Shown here piece by piece: positions 38,852-46,036 of a DNA stretch of 64,000 nt. The position numbers were made by a program, and so were the translations under genes. The stretch is from positions 1-64,000 of IMG/VR virus record IMGVR_UViG_3300032092_000005. One strand, given 5' to 3'. Position 1 is the first letter of the stretch, and each line of letters starts with the position of its first letter. The notes under the pieces are model-generated. The model saw nothing but the letters and a program-made list of their open reading frames with translations. It searched no databases and was not told the DNA's origin. This DNA comes from a virus.

Positions 38852-38955
38852 GTTGTATTTTTGCAACAGACACAAAAAAAGTGTTGACAAATCTTCTGAT
38901 CCTGTTATACTAGATTCTGTTGAGTTGATAGTGATTCAACAAAAGTTCTTTAAAA
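38852..38955 (+). promoter_or_regulatory. Second tRNA-array promoter with hairpin and boxA
   Basis: GTTG-N8-CAAC, TTGACA-16-TATACT, GTTGAG/TTCAAC hairpin, AGTTCTTTAAAA. Confidence 0.7.
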
Positions 38956-38972
38956 AGTTAAGTGTGATTTTT

Positions 38973-39047
38973 GCTCAGTTCGACTATCGGTCAGGTCGCT
39001 AGACTTTCAATCTGGAAAGACGGGTTCGACTCCCGTACTGAGCACCA
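38973..39047 (+). tRNA. tRNA-Glu(TTC)
   Basis: CT-TTC-AA loop, CCA. Confidence 0.9.
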
Positions 39048-39163
39048 TATTAAAGCATATTTCAGGTTGGGCTAGATTCGCGGTTTAGCTATTTGGGTAT
39101 CATGGACTAGGTAATTACTAGCACCGGTACTAAGATACGAAATGTGTTTTAATATGGTAGTTT

Positions 39164-39240
39164 GCCCTGGTGACGGAATTGGTATACGTACTGGTCTTAG
39201 AAACCAGGTTTTGCGAGTTCGAGTCTCGCCTAGGGCACCA
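39164..39240 (+). tRNA. tRNA-Leu(TAG), short variable loop
   Basis: CTGGT-CTTAGAA-ACCAG, ACCA. Confidence 0.88.
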
Positions 39241-39252
39241 AAAGTATTTTAT

Positions 39253-39329
39253 GCGTCTGTAATTCAATTGGACAGAAATTCAGTCTTCGAAACTGAAAGT
39301 TGGGAGTTCGAATCTCTCTAGACGCACCA
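39253..39329 (+). tRNA. tRNA-Arg(TCG)
   Basis: TCAGT-CTTCGAA-ACTGA, CCA. Confidence 0.88.
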
Positions 39330-39423
39330 AATTAAAACATACTGCTTGCCTGACTGCAAAAGTCGTGGTAAACTACAAGAGAAAGAGGTTCGAATCCTCG
39401 GGACTGGTAGTGTGTTTTAATTT

Positions 39424-39498
39424 GGGCTGATGGTATAATTGGGAACACAGTGGCCTTGCAAGTCACAGTTGGGGGTTCGATTCCCCCTCGGTCCACCA
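39424..39498 (+). tRNA. tRNA-Ala(TGC)
   Basis: G3:U70, CT-TGC-AA loop, CCA. Confidence 0.9.
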
Positions 39499-39499
39499 A

Positions 39500-39692
39500 A
39501 TCTCGTTACTACTTTCGTTAAAGTAGCGTTTGATTAGCGATAGAGATCCGGTGGCAGAAAACCGTTAGCGAGGTCAAACTCAGGCTCTGATAGGCAGAAT
39601 CTCAACTGCACACAGACACACAGAATAAATGGAGATGGACAGAGTAACTGCTCAATTAAGGGCTGGCGTAGAACCCAGTAGCTTATCCTATT
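39500..39692 (+). ncRNA. Unidentified ~190-nt structured RNA
   Basis: No convincing ORF; several nested stems and possible pseudoknots, between two tRNAs. Confidence 0.5.
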
Positions 39693-39695
39693 TAA

Positions 39696-39770
39696 GGCTC
39701 GTTCATATAATGGTCATTATCGCGGATTGTCTATCCGTAGATGGGAGTTCGATTCTCCCACGAGTCGCCA
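39696..39770 (+). tRNA. tRNA-Asp(GTC)
   Basis: TT-GTC-TA loop, GCCA. Confidence 0.9.
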
Positions 39771-39778
39771 GTTTTAAT

Positions 39779-39852
39779 CCTCCGTTAGCTCAATGGTAGA
39801 GCAATCGGCTGATAACCGATAGACAGAAGTTCAATTCTTCTACAGAGGACCA
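39779..39852 (+). tRNA. tRNA-Ile(GAT)
   Basis: ATCGG-CTGATAA-CCGAT, ACCA. Confidence 0.88.
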
Positions 39853-39863
39853 AAAAGTATTTC

Positions 39864-39947
39864 GGAGTGAATGGAACAATGGTGTTCTAGCCGGCTGTAA
39901 CCCGGTGGCCTTCGGGCAGGTAGGTTCGATCCCTACTCACTCCACCA
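39864..39947 (+). tRNA. tRNA-Tyr(GTA)
   Basis: CT-GTA-AC loop, variable arm, ACCA. Confidence 0.88.
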
Positions 39948-39953
39948 GATTTT

Positions 39954-40016
39954 AGAATGCGTTCAGCAAAAAAATACATTGAACTTTTAATTCAAACCGT
40001 AAAAAAGCATTCTGTT
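39954..40016 (+). ncRNA. Y-RNA-like scaffold 4 with Lys-UUU anticodon arm
   Basis: AGAATGC/GCATTCT stem, GTTCAGCAA, TTGAA-CTTTTAA-TTCAA. Confidence 0.65.
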
Positions 40017-40038
40017 GTTTACATATATAATACGTTGT

Positions 40039-40114
40039 GTACGTGTGCGCCGAACGGCTAGGTAGCGGATTGCAAATCCGTATAATGCAGGTTCGAATCC
40101 TGTCACGTACTCCA
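40039..40114 (+). tRNA. tRNA-Cys(GCA)
   Basis: TT-GCA-AA loop, U73-CCA. Confidence 0.88.
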
Positions 40115-40128
40115 CACAAAAGATTTAT

Positions 40129-40207
40129 TCCGTAGAACCCGAGCATGGTGCATGGGCTTGACTGTTAATCAATGTTTAGCTGGGATCGTTACCCAGATAC
40201 GGAGCCA
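40129..40207 (+). tRNA. tRNA-Asn(GTT), atypical T-loop
   Basis: CT-GTT-AA loop, GCCA; T-loop ATCGTTA. Confidence 0.8.
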
Positions 40208-40217
40208 AAAGTTATAT

Positions 40218-40293
40218 TGCGGGTAGTGCCCAGTCAACAGTCCAGTCTCATAAGCTCGGATCATCGGAGGTGCGAATCCTTCACCCGCAACCA
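40218..40293 (+). tRNA. tRNA-(f)Met(CAT), degenerate D-arm
   Basis: TGCGGGT/ACCCGCA, CT-CAT-AA loop, ACCA. Confidence 0.7.
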
Positions 40294-40298
40294 GTTTT

Positions 40299-40356
40299 AG
40301 GATCAGTTCAGCAAACTTAAAAATTTCTCTTGTTCGGAAAAAAAGTTGATCCTGTT
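40299..40356 (+). ncRNA. Y-RNA-like scaffold 5
   Basis: AGGATCA/TGATCCT stem, GTTCAGCAA, TTTCT-CTTGTTC-GGAAA. Confidence 0.6.
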
Positions 40357-40363
40357 GTTTTTC

Positions 40364-40437
40364 GCCCTATTAGTATAATGGTATTACACCTGTTTTGTAA
40401 TCAGGTTACGGCAGTTCGATTCTGTCATGGGGCACCA
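40364..40437 (+). tRNA. tRNA-Thr(TGT)
   Basis: TT-TGT-AA loop, ACCA. Confidence 0.88.
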
Positions 40438-40447
40438 AGTCATTTTT

Positions 40448-40521
40448 GCGGGGTTCATTTAATGGTAGGATTTCAGCCTTCCAAGCTGATAGTGCGAGTT
40501 CGATTCTCGCACCCCGCTCCA
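40448..40521 (+). tRNA. tRNA-Gly(TCC)
   Basis: CT-TCC-AA loop, TCCA. Confidence 0.9.
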
Positions 40522-40528
40522 ATATTTT

Positions 40529-40602
40529 CTCGGTGTGGTGAAATGGTATCACTCTTGGTTTGGGACCAAGGAGCGCAAGTTCGATTCTTGCCACCGAGAC
40601 CA
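40529..40602 (+). tRNA. tRNA-Pro(TGG)
   Basis: TT-TGG-GA loop, ACCA. Confidence 0.9.
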
Positions 40603-40610
40603 CAAGTTTT

Positions 40611-40673
40611 AGGATAGTTACAGCAAAAAACAAAGCTAACTATTGGTTGTCTAGCGACAAAAGCTATCCTGTT
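40611..40673 (+). ncRNA. Y-RNA-like scaffold 6
   Basis: AGGATAG/CTATCCT stem, TTACAGCAA. Confidence 0.6.
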
Positions 40674-40688
40674 GTTTAATGAGGCTAT

Positions 40689-41234
40689 ATGAAAAAATGT
40701 CCAAAGTGTAATAGTACACATGAAAAAAATGGAAATTTTTGTTCCAGAAAGTGTGGTAATTCTAGGACATGGTCTGAAGAAGATAAGAAAAAAAAATCAG
40801 ATTCTGCTAAAAAATACTACGATGAAAATGTCCACCCAGGATTAGGAAAACCTGGATGGAAACATAGTGATGAACAGAAATTACTCAAAAAGAAATTGTC
40901 TCTTGAAATGTGGGATAAAATTGGTAGAAAATCGTCTGAGCATTATAGACTTGCAAATATTCACACAGTAAACAAATACAGAGCAAGAAGGTATGATGCT
41001 ATAACCGAATCTACAGACTTAAATCTAATTAAAGAGATTTATAAGTACTGTCCTAAAGGTTATGAAGTTGACCATATAATAGCTCTTGCATGTGAAGGCG
41101 AACATCATCAAGATAATTTACAATACCTTCCAGCAATAGAAAATAGAAAGAAAAACAAAACACAAAATTATAACAAGGATCTTGCCGTTCGTTGGCAAGA
41201 TGTATTAAAAATAAGTACAAGGAGTTCACTATGA
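40689..41234 (+). CDS. HNH endonuclease (putative homing endonuclease)
   Basis: CPKC..FCSRKC; EVDHII.L..G.H..DNLQ.L....NRKK. Confidence 0.8.
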   Translation: MKKCPKCNSTHEKNGNFCSRKCGNSRTWSEEDKKKKSDSAKKYYDENVHPGLGKPGWKHSDEQKLLKKKLSLEMWDKIGRKSSEHYRLANIHTVNKYRARRYDAITESTDLNLIKEIYKYCPKGYEVDHIIALACEGEHHQDNLQYLPAIENRKKNKTQNYNKDLAVRWQDVLKISTRSSL

Positions 41235-41476
41235 GTAATGACGAAAAAGGTTCTAAGGCAAGACCGTTCAGCGTGTCTCAGCATGAATATGATACAAGAT
41301 GGGATGCAATTTTCGCAAGAGAATTGCAAGAAAAAGCACTTGATGAATTAGTTCGTGAAAGCGAACGATTAGGACTTTATGATATTCCTATTGTAGAAAA
41401 AGATTTTATAAATGCTAATACAATTTTAGAAATGCCCGGAACAATCGGTAGCGCAAAAGTTATTCTAAAAGGTTAA
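41231..41476 (+). CDS. Hypothetical protein
   Basis: GGAG SD; KGS..RP.SV...Y..RWDAIF. Confidence 0.55.
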   Translation: MSNDEKGSKARPFSVSQHEYDTRWDAIFARELQEKALDELVRESERLGLYDIPIVEKDFINANTILEMPGTIGSAKVILKG

Positions 41477-41477
41477 T

Positions 41478-42236
41478 ATGAGAATTGTGATTGTAACGGG
41501 CGGCTTTGATCCACTTCATAGTGGACATGTTGCTTACATTAAAGCAGCTAGAGAACTAGGCGACAAATTGATTGTCGGTATAAACTCTGATGAATGGCTA
41601 TCGCGCAAAAAGGGGCGTCCCTTTATGTCGTGGCAAGAACGTGCAACTATCGTTTCAGCTATCGCAGAGGTTGACAGAGTTATCTGTTTTAATGATGGTG
41701 ACAATACTGCAATTGATGCAATTCGAAAAGCTAAAAAGATTTTTCCTAATCATGATATCATCTTTGCAAATGGCGGTGACAGGACAAAAGAAAATATACC
41801 CGAAATGGTATTTGATGATGTAGAGTTTGTGTTCAGCGTTGGCGGTGATAACAAAGCGAATTCTTCTAGTTGGATTTTAGAAGAATGGAAAACACCTAAG
41901 ACAGAACGGACATGGGGTTACTATCGTGTACTGCATGAAGTCGGTTCACAGGTTAAACTAAAAGAGTTGACGGTAATGCCTAAAACATGTTTGAGTATGC
42001 AGAGACATGATCAACGTGCAGAGTTCTGGTTTGTAGCTGAAGGAGAAGCCACGGTGTACACCTTGAATGAAGCTTCAACTGATCAAGAAGTTAAATGTCA
42101 ATTAATTGCACATGAGCATACATTTATCAAAACAAACGAATGGCATCAATTATGTAATGAAACTACAGAGCCTTTAAAGCTCATTGAAATTCAATACGGC
42201 AAAGCTTGTATTGAAGAAGACATAGAACGGTTATAA
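41478..42236 (+). CDS. Cytidylyltransferase fused to mannose-6-P-isomerase-type cupin
   Basis: TGGFDPLHSGH, FANGGDR; R.WG.Y, LS.QRH..RAE.W, EIQ.G...EEDIER. Confidence 0.85.
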   Translation: MRIVIVTGGFDPLHSGHVAYIKAARELGDKLIVGINSDEWLSRKKGRPFMSWQERATIVSAIAEVDRVICFNDGDNTAIDAIRKAKKIFPNHDIIFANGGDRTKENIPEMVFDDVEFVFSVGGDNKANSSSWILEEWKTPKTERTWGYYRVLHEVGSQVKLKELTVMPKTCLSMQRHDQRAEFWFVAEGEATVYTLNEASTDQEVKCQLIAHEHTFIKTNEWHQLCNETTEPLKLIEIQYGKACIEEDIERL

Positions 42237-42239
42237 TAT

Positions 42240-42313
42240 ATCTCGCTAGTGTAACGGCAGCATACGGGTCTCCAAAACCCTTGGTGGGAGTTCGAATCTC
42301 TCGCGGGATGCCA
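42240..42313 (+). tRNA. tRNA-Trp(CCA)
   Basis: CT-CCA-AA loop, GCCA. Confidence 0.88.
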
Positions 42314-42319
42314 AATTTT

Positions 42320-42393
42320 GCGTGGTTAGTTAAATGGTAGAACCAAACGTTGCCAACGTTTAGACAGGAGTTCGATTCTCCTACCCCGCACCA
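42320..42393 (+). tRNA. tRNA-Gly(GCC)
   Basis: AAACG-TTGCCAA-CGTTT, CCA. Confidence 0.85.
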
Positions 42394-42448
42394 AAAACTC
42401 ACACTTGACAGAGTATCACTATGATGATACAATAGTCTATCAAATATT

Positions 42449-42523
42449 CTGGCGTTAGTACAATGGATAGTACAGTAGGCTTCTACCCTTCTAATGGGAG
42501 TTCGATTCTCTCACGCCGGACCA
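42449..42523 (+). tRNA. tRNA-Arg(TCT)
   Basis: CT-TCT-AC loop, CCA. Confidence 0.85.
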
Positions 42524-42530
42524 AAAATAT

Positions 42531-42616
42531 GCGAGTGTGGTGGAACGGTATACACAACAGACTTAAAATCTGTCGCCTTAACGGGCTTGCGGGTTCGAAT
42601 CCCGCCTCTCGCACCA
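42531..42616 (+). tRNA. tRNA-Leu(TAA)
   Basis: ACAGA-CTTAAAA-TCTGT, long variable arm. Confidence 0.9.
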
Positions 42617-42624
42617 AGTTTAGT

Positions 42625-42699
42625 GCCTTGGTAGCTTAATGGTAAAGCAGGCGACTCATAATCGCTTGAGTGGGAGTTCAATTCTCTCCCAAGGCACCA
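42625..42699 (+). tRNA. tRNA-Ile2/Met(CAT)
   Basis: GGCGA-CTCATAA-TCGCT, ACCA. Confidence 0.85.
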
Positions 42700-42717
42700 T
42701 TTAAAAAGGAAAGTAAA

Positions 42718-43188
42718 ATGCGTAAATTAGATTTGAATGAAGTTAGAGAATACATCGAATCGCAGTCACCTGATACAAAAATTTATATCGGATGTGATTC
42801 CGAAAGATTGAATGTTGCGGGACAATGGTACGCAGATTACATTTTAGCAATTGTAGTACACATTAACGGAAGACATGGATGCAAATTGTTTGGAGAAATC
42901 CAACGTGAACGTGACTATGACCAGAAAGTCAGTCGCCCTAGATACAGGCTAATGACAGAAGTTTATAAAATTTCTGAATTGTACCTAAAACTAGCCGATG
43001 TGCTTGAAGGTAGACATGTTGAAGTCCATCTGGACATTAACCCTAATGAAATGCATGGATCATCATGTGTTATCAACGAGGCAATAGGCTATATCAAAGG
43101 AACATGTAATGTAGTTCCTATGGTAAAGCCAAAGGCGTTTGCAGCATCATATGCAGCAGACAGATATAAGAGTTTACACGTAGCTTAA
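42718..43188 (+). CDS. YkuK-family RNase H-like protein
   Basis: KIYIGCDS, RLMTEV, EVHLDIN, KP.AFAASYAAD. Confidence 0.8.
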   Translation: MRKLDLNEVREYIESQSPDTKIYIGCDSERLNVAGQWYADYILAIVVHINGRHGCKLFGEIQRERDYDQKVSRPRYRLMTEVYKISELYLKLADVLEGRHVEVHLDINPNEMHGSSCVINEAIGYIKGTCNVVPMVKPKAFAASYAADRYKSLHVA

Positions 43189-43198
43189 AGGATTTATT

Positions 43199-43564
43199 AT
43201 GAAACATTGGAACACATTGACGGAACTAGAAAGCTCCCTTATTCGGTTGGGAGAATTCAAAAATTTGTTTGAGTTGCTAACGGCTGGAGTAGATAACGGA
43301 TGTAGTCGGGAAGTGATTAATTCGGCTATCTATACCATGCACGGCATGATAGATAATATCAATGACGAAGCTATAGCTAATTTTCATACGCTATGGGAAG
43401 AAATTCGTCAGGATTCTTCTGATTCGGTGCCAGAGTTTGAGGGCGAGCCTGAACCTTTCCCCTACAGTAACGAAAAAGAGCCTTACAATCCTGACGAGGA
43501 AGAAGCATTTCAGCGCCTTGAGAATGCTCTCCGGACATGGAAAAATACTAGCCCAGGAGACTGA
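43199..43564 (+). CDS. Hypothetical protein
   Basis: ORF track, AGGA SD. Confidence 0.55.
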   Translation: MKHWNTLTELESSLIRLGEFKNLFELLTAGVDNGCSREVINSAIYTMHGMIDNINDEAIANFHTLWEEIRQDSSDSVPEFEGEPEPFPYSNEKEPYNPDEEEAFQRLENALRTWKNTSPGD

Positions 43565-43748
43565 TCCAAACGGTCCACCAGCGGGTTTCCGTACTACATA
43601 AGTACATTACCCTTAGCTGACGCGCCAAACCCGCTCCAAACCGCCTCCAAGGGCGGTTTTTTTGTTGTTTTTTTGCAACAAACCTCTAAATAATGCTTGA
43701 CTGCCAGCTGGATTCATGTAAAATTAGTACTTATTAGAGAGGTTCCCC

Positions 43749-43892
43749 ATGAATTACATTCTGATTACTCCTAATGGACGGGTCGTCCCGTTCTACTTGC
43801 TATCCGTAGCACAAACCTACCAGACGGCTTACGGTGGTACTCTAATAGACACTACTGTTGTATTTGCACAACAAACTGAAAATATTTCTTGA
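43749..43892 (+). CDS. 47-aa early peptide MNYILITPNG...YQTAYGGTL
   Basis: GAGG SD after promoter cassette 43664-43725. Confidence 0.5.
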   Translation: MNYILITPNGRVVPFYLLSVAQTYQTAYGGTLIDTTVVFAQQTENIS

Positions 43893-43947
43893 CAGGGTTC
43901 CAAAACCTGTTATTATAGAGACTTAGATTGATTGAAAAGGTTTTGTT

Positions 43948-44697
43948 ATGAAGTTGCTCTCCACTGGTAATCCTAAAGTGCTTAAAGGTATGGCTCAAGG
44001 CTATAACACTTACATTCTGCACCTCGCGCCTGCCAGTCTGAGCGGCTACAATACCTGCGCCAAAGCTACTACAGGCTGCAAGGCTGCTTGCCTGAATACT
44101 GCTGGTCGTGGCGGTATGTTCAAAAGAGGCGAGACTACTAACGTGATCCAAAAAGCACGGATTCGGAAGACTGTTATGTTTTTCGAGGACCGTGAAGTGT
44201 TCATGGCTTTGCTAGTCAAGGACATTGAATTAGCTATCAAGCAAAGCATCCGCATGGACCTGATTCCTGTAGTTCGCTTGAACGGCACTTCGGACATCCC
44301 ATTTGAAAAGTATGAAGTCGTGCGCAACGGCATTACTTACCGTAACATTTTTGCTGCCTTTCCTGACCTGGAATTCTATGACTACACCAAGATTCTTGGT
44401 CGTAAAGTTGATCACATTGAAAACTATAGCCTGACATTCTCAGCCGCTGACGGCAACGATATGGATGTTCTCCGTGCTATGCAACAAGGCTACAATATCG
44501 CTACTGTTTTCGGCATCAAGAAAACTCTGCCGATGCCTGAGACTTACATGGGTCGTCCTGTGTTCAATGGTGACGAATCCGACCTGCGTTTTCTTGATCC
44601 GCATGGCGTGATTGTCGGCTTGTATGCTAAAGGCAAAGCTAAAAAAGACACTTCTGGTTTTGTGAAATACCCAACAATTATGTTGATGGCTGCTTGA
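43948..44697 (+). CDS. Gp88-like (radical-SAM-like Cys motif) phage protein
   Basis: C..A..GC...CL, VRLNGTSDI, FYDYTK, GD.SDLRFLD. Confidence 0.7.
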   Translation: MKLLSTGNPKVLKGMAQGYNTYILHLAPASLSGYNTCAKATTGCKAACLNTAGRGGMFKRGETTNVIQKARIRKTVMFFEDREVFMALLVKDIELAIKQSIRMDLIPVVRLNGTSDIPFEKYEVVRNGITYRNIFAAFPDLEFYDYTKILGRKVDHIENYSLTFSAADGNDMDVLRAMQQGYNIATVFGIKKTLPMPETYMGRPVFNGDESDLRFLDPHGVIVGLYAKGKAKKDTSGFVKYPTIMLMAA

Positions 44698-44761
44698 CAA
44701 GACTTCTGCAACACTGTATAATAACAGTGTTGGTTGTTGATAATGTATTAAGGAATTAATT

Positions 44762-45781
44762 ATGAGAAAATTAGCTACTATTCGAAAGATTGATGCATTG
44801 AATCCTATTGAGGGTGCTGATGCTATTGAATGCGCAACCGTAGGTGGTTGGAAAGTTGTTGTTAAGAAAGGTGAATACAATGTAGGAGACCGTGTTGTCT
44901 ACTGCGAGATTGACTCATGGATTCCTACTGAGTTAGCACCATTCCTATCAAAGGGAAAAGAACCTCGAGAATTCGAAGGCATCAAAGGTGAACGTCTTCG
45001 TACCATCAAGCTGCGCGGTCAGTTGTCACAAGGTTTGCTGTTGCCGTGGACTGTAGGAGGCGGCGTGCTGGACATGGCGCAGATGTTTGCAGGCGAAGGC
45101 GATGATGTATCGGAACTGCTTGGTATTGTGAAGTGGGAAATGCCCATGAATGCACAACTTGCGGGCATGGCACGTGGTAACTTTCCATCTGCAATTCCTA
45201 AGACTGACCAAGAACGTGCGCAAAATCTTGTTGGAGAAATTCTTGCTGCTGCACAAGCTGGTACTCAATTTGAGATTACCGAAAAGCTTGAAGGCTCTTC
45301 AATGACTTGCTACTTGATTGATGGAGAATTTGGTGTTTGCTCACGTAACCTCGACTTGAAGGAAACTGAAGGCAATGCATTCTGGCAAGTTGCGCGGCGT
45401 GATGACATTGAGGCAAAAATGCGTATCGGCCGAAATTTTGCTATTCAAGGCGAGTTGATTGGTCCTGGCATTCAAGGTAATATCTACAAACTACGTGAAC
45501 CAGAGTTCCGTGTGTTTGATGTATACAATATTCAAGGTGGTTGCTATTTGGATCCAGCTGACCGGCGTGAGTTGATTGAGAGCATGGGACTGAAACATGT
45601 TCCTGTTATGTACGTTGACAAGGATCTTGGTGTTGGCTCTGTAGAAGAAATTCTGCAATGGGCTGAAGGTGCATCAAAGCTGAACGAAAAGCAAGAACGT
45701 GAAGGTATCGTATTTAAGGAAGTGAATGGCGGTATGTCATTCAAGGCTATTTCAAATAAGTATCTGCTAGGAGAAAAGTAA
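44762..45781 (+). CDS. RNA ligase, DRB0094 (Rnl5-type) family with N-terminal OB domain
   Basis: PIEGADAIE.A.V.GW, LRGQ.SQGL, KTDQER, TEKLEGSS motif I, QGELIGPGIQGN, EGIVFK, FKAISN. Confidence 0.9.
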   Translation: MRKLATIRKIDALNPIEGADAIECATVGGWKVVVKKGEYNVGDRVVYCEIDSWIPTELAPFLSKGKEPREFEGIKGERLRTIKLRGQLSQGLLLPWTVGGGVLDMAQMFAGEGDDVSELLGIVKWEMPMNAQLAGMARGNFPSAIPKTDQERAQNLVGEILAAAQAGTQFEITEKLEGSSMTCYLIDGEFGVCSRNLDLKETEGNAFWQVARRDDIEAKMRIGRNFAIQGELIGPGIQGNIYKLREPEFRVFDVYNIQGGCYLDPADRRELIESMGLKHVPVMYVDKDLGVGSVEEILQWAEGASKLNEKQEREGIVFKEVNGGMSFKAISNKYLLGEK

Positions 45782-46036
45782 AATGGCAGCCCTCCAGCAT
45801 TCCTTTATCCGAAAATTGGTCTGCGGATACGTATATTGCGCACATTGTGGACTGGTTAGACTGAATAATAGGGCTACAGAGCAAGCTATCCGAGCCGCTT
45901 GTCCACGATAAAACTTCAAGGTGTTGCGTAAAAACAACACTTTTTTTTGTTGTTTTTTTGCTACAAAACCAAAAATAGTTCTTGCAATTCTTGCCGGGTG
46001 TGGTATAATAGAGACTTAGACAGACAGAAACAGATC

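Noticed and set aside
35798-39425. HDV-like (theta) ribozymes after tRNA 3' ends
   Set aside because: Trailers form simple long AT-rich stems; no nested double pseudoknot could be built by eye
35533-42717. ORF-track calls over tRNAs (e.g. 36423-36659, 40330-40617, 35533-35811, N-terminal extension 42670-42717)
   Set aside because: They overlap clear tRNA cloverleaves and are artefacts
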